Positions 13,000 through 25,016 of a DNA stretch of 64,000 bases are shown one piece after another. The position numbers were made by a program, and so were the translations under genes. The number at the start of each line of letters is the position of its first letter. The stretch's first letter is position 1. The notes beneath the pieces were generated by a model. It was not told the origin of the DNA and did no database searches. It worked only from the letters and a program-made list of their open reading frames with translations. This DNA comes from Oikopleura dioica (Eukaryota > Animalia > Chordata): contig OU015568.1 in NCBI GenBank assembly GCA_907165135.1, positions 496,001 to 560,000 on the forward strand. The letters run 5' to 3'.

Positions 13000-13515
13000 T
13001 AATTATATGAGCTGATTTTATATTTATACTATCCTCTAAATTTCGCTTTCTAATTATTATGACCCTTTGTATTTCCTCCTGTTGATTAATTGGGTCAAAG
13101 AGGTCTCGGTTTTCGTTGCTCCGTTCGTTTTCTTCGGGTACTTCTTGGATCGTTTCGAATGCTAGGAGGTATTTTCAACTGTCCTCTATTTAGGTTAATC
13201 TTTAGCAATTTAGTTTCATCGTTTTCACTACCTTCTGGACCACGGTTTTCGGAAGTTAATTCTTGGACTACTTGGTTTTCTGCTTCAATGGCTGAGGATG
13301 ATTTTTTTTGTTAATGCTTTGTTCTTTCAGCCATTCCTGTATTTTGTTGCTGAAAGGTTTCGTCCATGTCGGCTGCGCCGTTGTTGTGAATTCGATTATC
13401 ATTTCGCGGAATAGTTGACATATCTCAATCTAAACTTAATGTTTTGAATTTTTCGTATTGCCGGTGTTAAGCATTTCATCTCTCATGTCGTGACCTTTGC
13501 CTTTTGTTACTCCTC

Positions 13516-14576
13516 TTATATATTATCTAAATGGTAGGCGACTGTTCCCATTCCTTCCACGCTATACATGAGAACAAGTTTGTCTTCCGCTGCGTTGATT
13601 GTCACATGATTCGGAATCTGCTCTGCGCTCGCGATGAACACCATTCGCCTTCATTCATTAGTTTTGCACACACCGTGTGATACCTGTTAGAATAGTTGTA
13701 TCGAAGTGTTCGATCGTTACTTGCCCGATTTGTTATAGCTGGAGCAGGGGTCTAAATTCGCAGTGCGAACTCGCTTTTTTGCGAAGCCGCTTAATTTAAA
13801 AAAAAATGGTTCGCTTTCGCACTAGGATTTCGGCTGATATTTTGACCCCTGACTGGTGTGTTCAGGAATGTGTAGTTTGTGCTTGAAAATTTAACTACTC
13901 TCGTTAGCTGATCGATTGTCAATTCTATCTTTCCATAGACATTTTCGAATCTATCGCATATCGTCAAAAGGGTTATTCCTTCTAACTCGACGGTGCAGCT
14001 AGCAATAGTTAGTTTATGAAGATTAAAATTTATTACTTGTACTCGGGTTCGGGCACGGTTTCTGGAATGTGTTGCAATTCGTACGACAGATGAATTCGCC
14101 GCTTCGATTTAAAGCCCAGAGCTAACTTCATCCATTCGCTTGGCTCCTGGATTCTTGGGTTGTTCATCTTAATAAACAGTCTAAAGCGGCTAGTATGCAT
14201 CAATTACCCTGGCAATGTATTCCGTCTGTAAAAATGGTCCATCTTGGTCGTAATCTATGCTGATAAGCACATCGTGGTAAATGTCCCCCCCGGATAGAAC
14301 TTGTTTTAACATGTTCGTTGATACTAAATAAAATTTTTTAATGTCTACCCAATAGCATCTCTCACCTGCCCATTTTTTTTCTATTTGGCATTCGTATTCG
14401 TGAAATGCTTCTCGATTGATTGTCAGTATTGTCATCTTGTTTCCTGATCGCGTTCCGATTCTGTGAATATGCAATTCTTTGGAAGTTACCATCAAGTTGC
14501 AGTAGCCAAAATCCGACTCGATGGCAAAGGCCATTTTTCTCAGCCTATTCGCGTCAATAAGGTATGCCTTGAACAT
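13516..14576 (-). CDS. PCNA: Highly divergent full-length PCNA paralogue (PCNA-a)
   Basis: N-terminus MFKAYL...LTINREAFHEYEC; middle VPEPEY|NCTVELEG...ICDRF...VKFSS; C-terminus HVTINAAEDKLVLMYSVEGMGTVAYHL. All collinear with PCNA. Confidence 0.75.
13745..13851. mobile_element. 107-bp mini-MITE (CAGGGGTC TIR) inside PCNA-a coding sequence
   Basis: CAGGGGTCTAAA ... TTTTGACCCCTG. Degenerate 7-bp TSD (minus strand CACCAGT / CTCCAGC). Confidence 0.6.
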
Positions 14577-14699
14577 TCACGTTTCTTAATAAATTTTTTG
14601 GGTAGTGTTTGATTCTTCGGCGCTGTTCGTCGTCCACCGGCAACAGCGCCATCACTTAATCTGACCTATCAGATTTACTTGAGACCGAATAGTAAAAAA

Positions 14700-16285
14700 T
14701 TTGTAGCTCAATTTTGAGCGAGAGATATGGAAATTTGAGTCAAGTAAGGTCAGGCTGAACAGTTATTCGATTTTTACTGTAGCTTCATCGAGGTCGACGT
14801 TCACGGTGAGTTCCTTGTTATCTCGTTCGTACTTTTTCGCACTCACTTATTTAAGCGTAAGTATTAATAAAATCTTATTATATTTACCGTTGATGGTAAT
14901 TCTGAGTGATCCTGTTGACGCAACTCTTTCCTCAACACTGTCCTTCGTTAAATCTATTGTTTCGGTGGCGTCTATTTTTAAATTTTACTTATTCTATTCT
15001 ATAAATTATTATAAACTTACCCACTGGTCGTTCTTGCGAGTCGTAAATTGTAATTGTCTCCGAGAAATTGTCACGGTCGCAAAAATTTCCCGAATTTCCC
15101 CGATAAGGGCGGAAGACAGACTGACTTACATCTATAATATCAATTTTATGTTCGTGTTAATTTTTATGTTATACCTAGGTCAGCACTGCCAAACGCATAT
15201 GGATCGTCATTAGTTCCAGCTGCTTTCTTCTTGGCTCGAACTCCACCATTGATGTCCATTCTTCCTACTATGTTTGCGCGATATAAAAATGATTAATTTT
15301 TTTGTTTATACCTTCATTTATGTCCCAGGTGGAATGAGTGCACTTTTTACCAATTGCTCGACTGGCCAAATGGGTCGATGTTTTCGGTGGAGGTGGAACA
15401 TCAGAGTCCACTGCGATTGGAGCCGATGCTTTCTTCTTAGTGAGAAGATTTCGAAGTTCCTCGGAGCCTATCTTGATGTGTTTGTTTGCTCTTTTTTTCT
15501 GATGAAAATTGAGTACACCGCTTGAATGCGGTTGTTCTCTATTGGGCTCATCATCCGAAGGTGGCTCTATTATTTTTAAGTGCACTCTATAATTATTTTC
15601 TACTTACGTGACGGCGGCACTAAATCAGCTAGTACGATACTCGTTCTTTTCGATTTCGTCGCTGCAGCCAAAATCGAATTACTGGAAGAAGGTCCTTCAT
15701 CGGAATCATCGGCAAACCGAACCTCAAAACTACCAAAGGGAACACGTTTCTCCATTATGTTGCAGGCCTTCGTAGGATTTCAGTCTAATATAGGTAATAC
15801 GTAAGGTATCATTAATCTTTAAAGACTGGGGTTGATTCGTACAGATCAAACTGCTTTTCTTGCTTTTTCTGCAGGATTTTCTTAAATAAATGATTATGTT
15901 CGTACATTGAATGAATGAAACCTTTGATTTCAAGATCGCCAGCTTCACCTCGCACCTTCTCCAGAAGTTCCTTCATACCGTCGAAAGCATCAAGGTACTC
16001 TTTTACGGGGTGGCCATCATCCCGTACCAAATACTCAATTTCGCTATGATATTAACTAAATTGAGGGGGCATTTTAATTTTCGGTACCTTTCACTTACAC
16101 GGGCCATTCCGGCAACGTATGAAGGGACAAAACGGCCAATGTGCGTCATATACCGTCGTCGAGCCTGGAATTCCTGACGATAAGTATCTTTGAGTTTTGT
16201 TAATTTTCACGTATTGTGAAAGAGCAAAAGTTGTAGTACCGATTGTCAGAATTTTTGTTGCGAGTTGATCTTTTATGGAATGCAA
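14700..16285 (-). CDS. Hypothetical multi-exon gene(s), partly disordered
   Basis: Consecutive short minus-strand ORFs (16091-16285, 15812-16030, 15268-15585) with intron-like gaps; no family recognised. Confidence 0.35.
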
Positions 16286-16577
16286 GCAATTATTTTAAGA
16301 GTTCAATTTTAACATAAACAATTATATAAGCTACTTTTTATTCCTTTCCTTTATCGATTTGATTGTCGGTGGCAGTCGAAGCCGAATGGAGATTTTTGTA
16401 ATACTCGAGAAATAAAAATCAAAATCGTCCGCACAGATTTGGGCATCCTTACTGCCCAAAATTTTTAGGGCAAGTTCAACGCGCTCCATCAGTCTTAATA
16501 ATATAACACTGAATTTACATACTCGTGACAGTGAAATTTATAATTATTTTTATCCATGGCGCCCTAAAGATTTTCAG

Positions 16578-18051
16578 TCATTCATCCGTTTCCATCTGTC
16601 GTGACTCAACCCACTGATTTATCTCTTCATCCTGGAACTCACTGTCAAAATCATCCTCATTTGGGCGACTAGGTGGTGTAACTTTTTGCGCGTCGGGTTT
16701 TTTAGGTGTCGATGCAGCGTGTGGTGCACAAGTTATTGCTTGATCGTTTTGCTGCGAAGAGGAAGCAGCTTTAATCTCTTCTTGATCAGAGATTGGAAGT
16801 ATACGGTCAGATACTTGTGAGCTTGCATCTTGTGATCGTTGACTTTTTCCGAAGTTCATAAGCGATATTCTTATGATTATTTTATAGTTAAACAAAACAA
16901 GTGGCGCTTCGAATAAAACAGAGATTATGAAATCCGTTACTGTGAACTTCGCCATTTTCAACTGCGTACGCTGAATATTGGCTGTCGCTTGCGCCCTCTT
17001 CGTTTGCAGATCGGTAGTACCTTGTATATCTTTCCAGAGTAGATGGCACATTTTTCGGATCTACCAGCATACAATGGCCCTCTAAGTTATGCTCAACAAG
17101 AGTGACTAATTATAATATTTGTAGAGTTGAGCACGAAACTGGTATTTTGAGCTCTTCCATCTCGCCAAATTGTGCAAATAACTAAAATCATCTAAGATCA
17201 TTAACCCAAATCTTACCTCATATCGACCAATGTTGGCTTTGAAGGCCAAAGCTGCACCATCATCTATTTTAAGATGTAGTGACTCTGCGCCTGTTAACAA
17301 TTCCGTCAACATCTTGAGTATACTTAAAAGATTTTACAAGACAAACAAAAATTAAATTTACTATAAACTGCAGAAACTTCGACCTTCGACCGGATTCTCA
17401 ATTTTTACCGCGTCATCATCAAACCAAGTGACCCTCTTCTTGCTGCTGTTTGTCTTGGTTGTTGAAAATTCCACCTTTCCGTTAGTCATAACGTGGATCG
17501 TCAGGTATTCGCCAACTATCAAAAATTGTGAAAAGTTCTTATAACTGTATACCTGTTGCCAAGTGGGAAGCGGTTCGGAAGAGCAAATCGTTGTCAATAG
17601 ACACGATGCAGTCGTTATCATAAAAGTTGCTATCCGGAGCTTGTGAATTAAAAACCTCCTTCGAATTCACCCAGTGCTCGACAAAATATTCCTTCGTATT
17701 GAACTTGATGTACAGTTTGTCGCCGATAGCTGCTGATAGATTGAAACTAATATGAGTTCCTGGAGGGGCAGAACAAATCGTGTCGACAACATCAAATCGA
17801 TCAACAACTAGATAGAATAAGTTTACAGAGAAAATAAGTCATTACCTTGAACTACACGGTGGACGTTGTCATAATTTTGATAAACGACGGTAGTCGAAGT
17901 TGGGATTGTAGACGACAAAAACTGCATCTTCATCACCTGTTCCGATGATAGTAACTTTTTTCCTGAAGCAAAGGCGGAGATCCAGAGCCAAATTATCAAC
18001 AGCTCTGAATATCAGCGCGAGTGAAGGCGAAGCTTCAACAACAAAATTCAT
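16578..18051 (-). CDS. Tentative divergent sliding-clamp-like (Rad9/PCNA fold) gene(s) with acidic Ser/Gln tail
   Basis: MNFVVEASPSLALIFRAVDNL...FVVYNPNFDY resembles a clamp N-terminus; LLTGAESLHLKID and FTVTDFIISVLFEAPLVL resemble clamp C-termini. Resemblance by eye only. Confidence 0.35.
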
Positions 18052-18213
18052 TTCTAAAATAAAAGGAAAAGCAAAATAGGAGATGCAAAATTTTCAGTTA
18101 ACAGATAAAATTTATAAGCACGAGTATAAAAGTTTTTAGCAAAACATATCTTCTTCAAGTTTTGAAAGACGGCTAAAAAGTTTTTAGTAAAAGCATTACA
18201 GAGGAAAAAAAAT

Positions 18214-18619
18214 TTACCGCTGAATCTGTTCCCTCACATCGTTCTTAGCATCTGGAGAAAGTCCGATTCTTAGCTCTCTGTCACCGTTGAAATGACAGGT
18301 ATCCACACGAACCAAAAGATGTCTCCCCAAGGTGTACGCCTCGATTTTGATCCTAAATGATGAAGAAAAAAAAAACAAAGGACACTCACATCTGATCCAT
18401 AAGTGAGAGCATAATGTTATACACATGGATGTGTTCTTGAACGGAGTCGACACGAGCAAGACGCTCCAAAAAAAATTCTTTACAGGTAGCAGCAGTGATT
18501 CTTAAATTATGATATGAAAAGAAAAGCAAAACTGGGAGAAAACCTTCCAACGTTTGCTGTGAGAGAAGACAATGATGGCACCATCGTCGTTTGGGGCATT
18601 CTAAAATCACACAGAACAT
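18214..18619 (-). CDS. Small hypothetical protein with a Cys/His motif (CPKRRWCHHC)
   Basis: Three short exons starting 20 bp after the PRIM1 stop. Confidence 0.4.
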
Positions 18620-18638
18620 GACTAGAGAACTTCAATTT

Positions 18639-20156
18639 TTAAGTACGCTTGACAAATAAATAACGCTATCCTCAACTTTTTTTTGCAAACTGGAGACATT
18701 AAAGACAGTAGGAATGGATTCAATAAATGACCAATTCGCCGAAGGTGCATCAAAAGGCAATACAACTAAACCATGGCATTTGCAAAAAAAAAAAATAAAA
18801 ATAAACCTTTTTGCGAGTGATCGTGGATGCTGAACGGGAGACGAATGAGATGGGAATTACTAAGTGTAACTTGCTCGTCGATTTCTGGCAGCATTATTTT
18901 TAATTTTAATGCCCGAATACTATTAAAATCCATCGTGTCTCCTGATTGAAGAACACCTTCTATCAGCTTCCATTTTTCGGATTCAGCTTTGGCAGCCGTT
19001 ACTTCCTTAACCAGATGAGCTTTTTGATCGTCGAGTAAGCACGTAAAGTCGAGTAATCGAGAAAGAGTGCTCAAATCCGAAAGAATCCCTAAAAAAAATT
19101 AAACGGATCACAAATAGCATATTCAAACCTTGTTCGGCCAGTAATTCAAGCCAAAGAGGGTCAATAATATCAAGTGCTCGTGAATAAAACGTATGATATA
19201 GCTTGGATCCATAATAAGGCATGTTTTTTTTTGATAGATATGCAAGAACGGTTCTTCGGCGAGACTCGGAATTGGCCATGAACTCGTCGTCAAGAACCCA
19301 GGCGTGAATCCCGCGCGAACCACTGTATACTATTTACATAAAGAGAAACTGAGTCATTCTAAATACCCCAAAATATTTTCGAAAATCCAAAGTCGTTGCG
19401 CAGAGTCTGGTCAATTAGACGCGCCGCCACCTGTAGAAATTTCCAACATTTTTTGCAAGTGGAGCGGCCGCTACAGCACCGACGGAAAGTGTAGTCAGTT
19501 ATGTCAATATCGATATAGAACTAACAAATAAATATAATAAAAACCAAATATAAATGTACCTCTTTTGCAATAAAGGGATCATGAGTAACGCTACGCCACT
19601 TCGACGACGTTGCAAAGAATCCCCCAATATCGATTCGTGTGATCAGGGATGTAGAAATGATGGATATAAATTTGGAAAAATCGGGGAGCACTTCGTTTCG
19701 TCGGCGAATTGTACGATTGTGTAATTTCGTGCAAAAACTAGAACTTAAGCTTATTTTATGCTCGCTCCGCTCGAAATATATATAAGAGGAAATATTACCT
19801 TAAGTCACGTTGATTGAAGTTAAATTTGCCATTACGCGTTACTAAGTCCTTCACGAATCTTCGGGGAAATACAGACTCGTAGTAATTTTTATAAGGACAA
19901 GAACGGAGGGACAAGGATGAAGCAGCTTCAGTTAGGAGGACGATCTCGTCGCGATGATAGTTTCCAGTCACAGAAGAGCTAAAAATGCGAAAAGTAGGAA
20001 AAAGTGAATAATTATTAAATCCGTTTTAAGAGTGATCGCGTTATGATAAAAGATGAAATGATAAAAATTTATTGTTGTCATACCTTTGAGGTCTCGACAG
20101 ATTGTCATTGTCCCTAATGAGGGTGGAAATATTGATTCGGAAGTCAGTTTGAACAT
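18639..20156 (-). CDS. PRIM1: DNA primase small catalytic subunit (p49/PriS, AEP), multi-exon (start uncertain)
   Basis: YYESVFP; RIDIGG; KE|FYIDIDITDYTFRRCCSG...CKKCWKFL...IDQTLRNDFGF; W|VYSGSRGIHAWV; PEIDEQVT..SHLIRLPFSIH. Catalytic DxD, SGxRGxH and third Asp motifs are intact. Confidence 0.93.
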
Positions 20157-20461
20157 ACTTATCAACACAGACGGATCGCTTTATCAACGGAAAAATGAAT
20201 CACCGATGAATTTCAAATTTCCATCCCTTTCCTAGTATCTTTTAATAAGTTTTTGTTATTTTTTGGTTTTCTTGAAGGTAGTGATCGTCGAGGCAACAAT
20301 ATACTGCGAGAACAAGAACGGATGATAAGCTTGATGGGTAGGAAATGCTTTCTGTGCAGATTCGCGCCTTTAACCATTATTTGAAGTTCATCGTATGGTC
20401 CATCAGCAATGATTAGCATCAGAATCTTTGCGCGTTTAATATCCTCATAAATTGATAGCAA
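20090..20461 (-). CDS. Possible Rad1/clamp-like N-terminal fragment
   Basis: ADGPYDELQIMVKG followed by an exon reading DKYVQTDFRINISTLI, resembling the Rad1 FRINL motif; no C-terminal half seen. Confidence 0.2.
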
Positions 20462-21197
20462 CGAAGAAGAGAAAACTAAAAACAGCAGTATTTTCCTATT
20501 AATGAATTAAAAAACCCATCAAATCATGAATACGGCGAGTGGTATTCACATAGGAACATGTCGAGCTTCGCTTGAAATGAATAATTTTATCCTTGTTTTT
20601 CGAAGGCGGAAAAGGGGCAACGCGGAAAAAATTATGACAGAAAGTAAAGCGAACAGCATTTTTGGTAAGATACTCGCTTGCAATCATATGTGCCAACCAA
20701 GCAGGCTTGTAAAACTTCACACATGCCATTCTATAAGTAAAAAAAAATACCACTCAGTCGCTAGCTATTCGTCTAATTATCTCTTTTACTACGAGTAATA
20801 ATGGGTGAACGTCTATTCCCAGTCTCGCTGCCACCGGAAGGAGTACCCGACGAAGATGTTGAGGGTGCTTGATCATCAGCAACAGGTTTCTAAGAGAAAT
20901 ATTAACTTTTAAAGGGAATGATAAAAACCTGATGTCCGAGTCGAAATGAGGCGACTTTAGATGGAAAATGATCAGTTATCGAGGGAATATTGTTGACCAC
21001 CAACCTTAAAAATCACAACAAGAGAAAATTAAAAATAGTACCATTTTTTTTGAGAAGAAGAAATTCGACGGCCAGTTTCTTCATTTTGGGTTGTAGCGGG
21101 CTTATTTTTAGACAAAGTTTTGATCTGCTGCTGAAGATCTTCGATTTGGAGTCTTTGTTGATCGCAGCAATCAACAAGATCTTTAAACACATATATA

Positions 21198-21512
21198 TTA
21201 CGATGAAGGTAACCGACAACTCACCGAAAACCGTGCGAAGAGCATCTGGGGCCCAGCGAATTTGTAGAAATTGTGACTATAATGAACATCGTAACGACAC
21301 TCAGAAGCTATTTGAACCTTTTTGAGTCGCTTTCGACATTGAGGACATTTCAAATACGATGACGCGCCAGCAATTTCATCAATGCACTTAGAGCATACCA
21401 TGATTGAGCAATTGGGACAGCACGAAATCGAATTCAGCTCCCTCCCTTCTGCAATAACGCAGCAATCCAGATCGTTTTTAAGCCTGCTGCCGAGACTTTC
21501 GTAATTGCTCAT
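21198..21512 (-). CDS. RING-HC-like zinc finger protein (may continue to about 20.5 kb)
   Basis: LDCC...CCPNC..VCSKC...LKCPQCRKRL. Confidence 0.7.
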   Translation of the reverse strand: MSNYESLGSRLKNDLDCCVIAEGRELNSISCCPNCSIMVCSKCIDEIAGASSYLKCPQCRKRLKKVQIASECRYDVHYSHNFYKFAGPQMLFARFSVSCRLPSS

Positions 21513-21595
21513 TGAAAGAATCTGAAGGTAAAATTTTCAATAGTGTAAAACTGTATACGACGAATAACGTTGATATACAAATCATGCGCAGATAA

Positions 21596-22521
21596 CTAAA
21601 GTCTAGGGGCAATAAAGGTCTTGAGAGCGGAGTACTCATCGATCTGGAAGACAACGGCAATTGGCAGCTCTTCCACTATATGAATGTCCACCCGATTAGC
21701 AAGAGGGGCGATTTTCAAGAGACGGCGGAAATAGCTAAAAATAGTATTTTGAAGGTACTCAAAATCAAACCATGTCGAATATGTTTGCTGCAATTGCTTG
21801 ACAACGTCAATGTTAATCGAATCACTTGGAAATCGGATATCGGAATAATTTGCCACCTTAATCCGTCCGCTTTCACAGTTACCATCAGACTCGAAAAGAA
21901 TGAAGTCACTTTTGACAGATATCGTTACTGTATCCCCAACAGTTGAAAACTGTTTGCAGACATCGACGAAACACGAGGTTGGCATTGACACTTTGCAACT
22001 ATATAATATTAATAAGAATAATAAACAAATAACGCAAACCTCACGTCAAATATGGGGATTTCAACTTCATCGCGATCAAAGTCAATAAGATGAAGATCAA
22101 ATGTAGCTGAAGGACCGCCATTCTAAATTATTATTTAAGAAAAATTATCAAACCAAATAAACTACCGTGCAGAATGTATGAAGTGAAATATCGTCAGAAT
22201 TGTCATCGCATTTCAAAATAAGGGAGTAATCCTTGTTCACATGCTTGAGGGCTTCGTGAAAAGATTTCGCTTTGACTAAAAATACCGTAGAGAACACTAG
22301 AGAAAATAAAAACCTCCGAGTTTTAATTCCTTGTCGGCCTGAAATCGTCTAAAGCCCCTTGTACGGAAAACAACTTGAACAAGAACACTATTCGAATTGT
22401 CAGAAGATTGAAGAAAAAGGCCATCTGCGCAAACTGTCCACAAGCAGTCATGCATGAGATCGTTAATAAAATCAACCAAAATCTTCATGGGATAGGCCGA
22501 GTCAAATTCGCATTCAAACAT
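21596..22521 (-). CDS. PCNA: PCNA paralogue b
   Basis: MFECEF...GLFLQSSDNSNSVLVQV...GFRRFQADKELKLG; MSMPTSCFVDVCKQFSTVGDTVTISV; PIAVVFQIDEYSALKTFIAPRL. Confidence 0.92.
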
Positions 22522-22703
22522 ATATGCAATCTAAACAAAGAACGGTTACGCATAGTAAAATAAAACGGTTTATCAATAATAAAAGACACCCGATAGACAA
22601 AGTGTCGATAAAAAGCCCTTATCGGATTAGGGAATGTTAAAAAATGAAGAGGAGTGAAAATAAAGGTCTGGGGGAAAAACGGTAGGCAAAGAGGGATAGC
22701 CAT

Positions 22704-23643
22704 TCATTCAGAGAGTGGAGCAAGGTAAGTGCTGAGAAGAGCGCCACAGGGTAAAACTTGACAGAGTCGCATCAAGGACCCCGGACCAAAAGAAACGGTG
22801 ACAATGGTAGAAGCAGCGGCAGCAAAATATGTTGAGACCATGGCGCTGAAGAGAACCCTTATTTTTATGCAATAGCGACGACTTACCGAAGGTCATGACA
22901 AACCTCGAAATCCTCATTGCTGTGAATGAGAATTGAGTGTCCAGGTGCAAAGGGTACAATGCGGGTAGTCAAATCGATGAACCCTGTTGATTGTCCAGTG
23001 GGGTTGGACGTCTGAAACTTGACGCAATTTTCGGTCACAATAAGCTTGCAGGTACTCGAATGTTGGAGAAGCTGAGCAAGGATGATGTAAAAATTCGCAG
23101 AAGGCATCGTCAAATTACAACTAAAAATCATAAATGAAGTTATAATATTTACTACCGAAAATCGGGTATGAATGGAAGCCAAGGTCGAGGTGGCAGAGGA
23201 TTATATGCCAGGAATGCATGGTGACGTTCATTGTTCATCTAGAAACTATTAACACGAAACATTCACAGAAAACATACTTGGCAGTGAAGAAAGACGGACA
23301 AATCGTCAGTAAGCCCGGCCAGGGAAAATGTTACCTCAGAATCATGAGGAAGAGCCAGTAAAATGTCACGCAGTCTCGTCGAATTAACTTAACAAAGTAA
23401 TTTTTTTTTTAACAGTGAATGTGCTCTACTGTAGTAGTGAAATGGCTCGGAGAGCTGGAAAGTCGCAAACGAAGCGACAGGAACGTAGACCTCGGTCAAA
23501 ACGGAGGAAGTGGAGTTAGGAGAGCGCCAAGACGCCCCATCAACAGCAATAAACCAGTCGATATCATCCGGGTAGAATGACATATCACCAAGAAGTGAGA
23601 GAATTTGAAATGAGGACTTGAAACGAGCATGAAAAAACACCAT
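22704..23643 (-). CDS. PCNA: Divergent PCNA paralogue c
   Basis: MVFFHARF...IDWFIAVDGASW...VLTEVYVPVASFATF; FSCNLTMPSANFYII...VKFQTS; C-terminus IVTVSF...LSTYLAPLSE*. Confidence 0.82.
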
Positions 23644-23785
23644 CCCAAAGACGAATCAAGCGAGAGCAATTCTAAACAATAACGAGGAATACGTTAGAGG
23701 GGACAGCTTAATTTTGTCCTTGACAAAAAGAGCAAAATTAAAGAAAGCGATAGAGATATAATATAAAGGGAATCGAATGAACAGT

Positions 23786-24744
23786 TCAGTCGTCATCTTC
23801 GACCTTGGGGGGGAGGAAAAATTTAATGTGTCCAAAATTTTGAATATTATAATGAAGGGAGAGGGGAACATCAACACCAAGTTGAAGAGTCGCATCTTTG
23901 GAGAGACAAACGGCCTTAGTGAAGATAGGGAAGTACCTGAAGAATATAGATACAATAATTCTTGGTAAACTAACCGCATAGCGAAGGTTAACTCCACAAG
24001 TGATAGCGTATCAATAGTCAGACGGGAAAGACGATCTTTCGCGTCTGAAGAAGCCATAGAAAAAACAAATTCACCAGAACCCAAATATCCACGGGATTGG
24101 AAGGCGATATTAGAGGTCGACACGGCAATTTTAAGCTCGTCCCCAAAATTCGCAAGGGTCTTAATGGCAGCCTGGAAATCGACGGAAGACATCGTAACAG
24201 TAGTGCTAAATAAGATAATAAAAATAAATCATCCTCCACTAACGAGTAATCCTTGTCGATGATGGTGTGCTGGTCGATATCCAGATCCATAAGCTTTATT
24301 TCGAAATAGGCATTATTGTTGTCATTCTGAAGGATATAAATAAGTCATAAATCTTTTGTCGGAATAAGAAAAAAAAAATAAAACTAACCCGAACAAAAGT
24401 CACGTTGAGGACGTCAGGATTTTCCTCCGCGGAGAGACGAATGGTATCGTCGTTTCGTGCGGTTTGAAGTAATTTGTTGAGACGAACACAATTTACTAAA
24501 GAAAAATAAATATAAACATATGGAATTAAGTCATACCTCCAAGCGCAAGATTACGATCACAGCGAAATGATGAAAAACCATTACGACGAAGAACCAATTG
24601 GACAAGAGAACAATTAGAAGCATCAACAGATTGGCATGATATACCTTCGTATGATATATCGAAAATAGCTTGATCGACAAAAGCGGTCAGGCAATCGATA
24701 CATCTTTTGAGTGTTTCCGCTTTCCTGAAACTACACTCGAACAT
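23786..24744 (-). CDS. PCNA: PCNA paralogue d (most canonical)
   Basis: MFECSF...QSVDASNCSLVQLVLRRNGFSSFRCDRNLALG; MSSVDFQAAIKTLANFGD; FGHIKFFLPPKVEDDD*. Confidence 0.95.
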
Positions 24745-25016
24745 GCAATCTAAATAAAGGCACATTAACACAGAAGAGAGTAGCAATACAATAGAAGAAA
24801 AGTTAAAGAGGGATATAATCGATGGGAGACGAAATGTCAAAAGAAAGGTTATTTTCGGAAGGGATACGGGACAGAAACGGGTACGAAGATAGGGGCCAAG
24901 CGGCAGGACGAATACGGTTACCAATGCAAGAAGTGTGCCAATGATGAGTATCACGGTAGAGATTAGAATTGTGGCGACCAAAAAAATTGACTTCTATAAA
25001 TGAATATAAAAAAAAA

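Noticed and set aside
24526-24981. 151-aa ORF with an N-terminal TM extension on PCNA-d
   Set aside because: The alternative-start extension is a skew artefact; the PCNA homology starts at ATG 24744.
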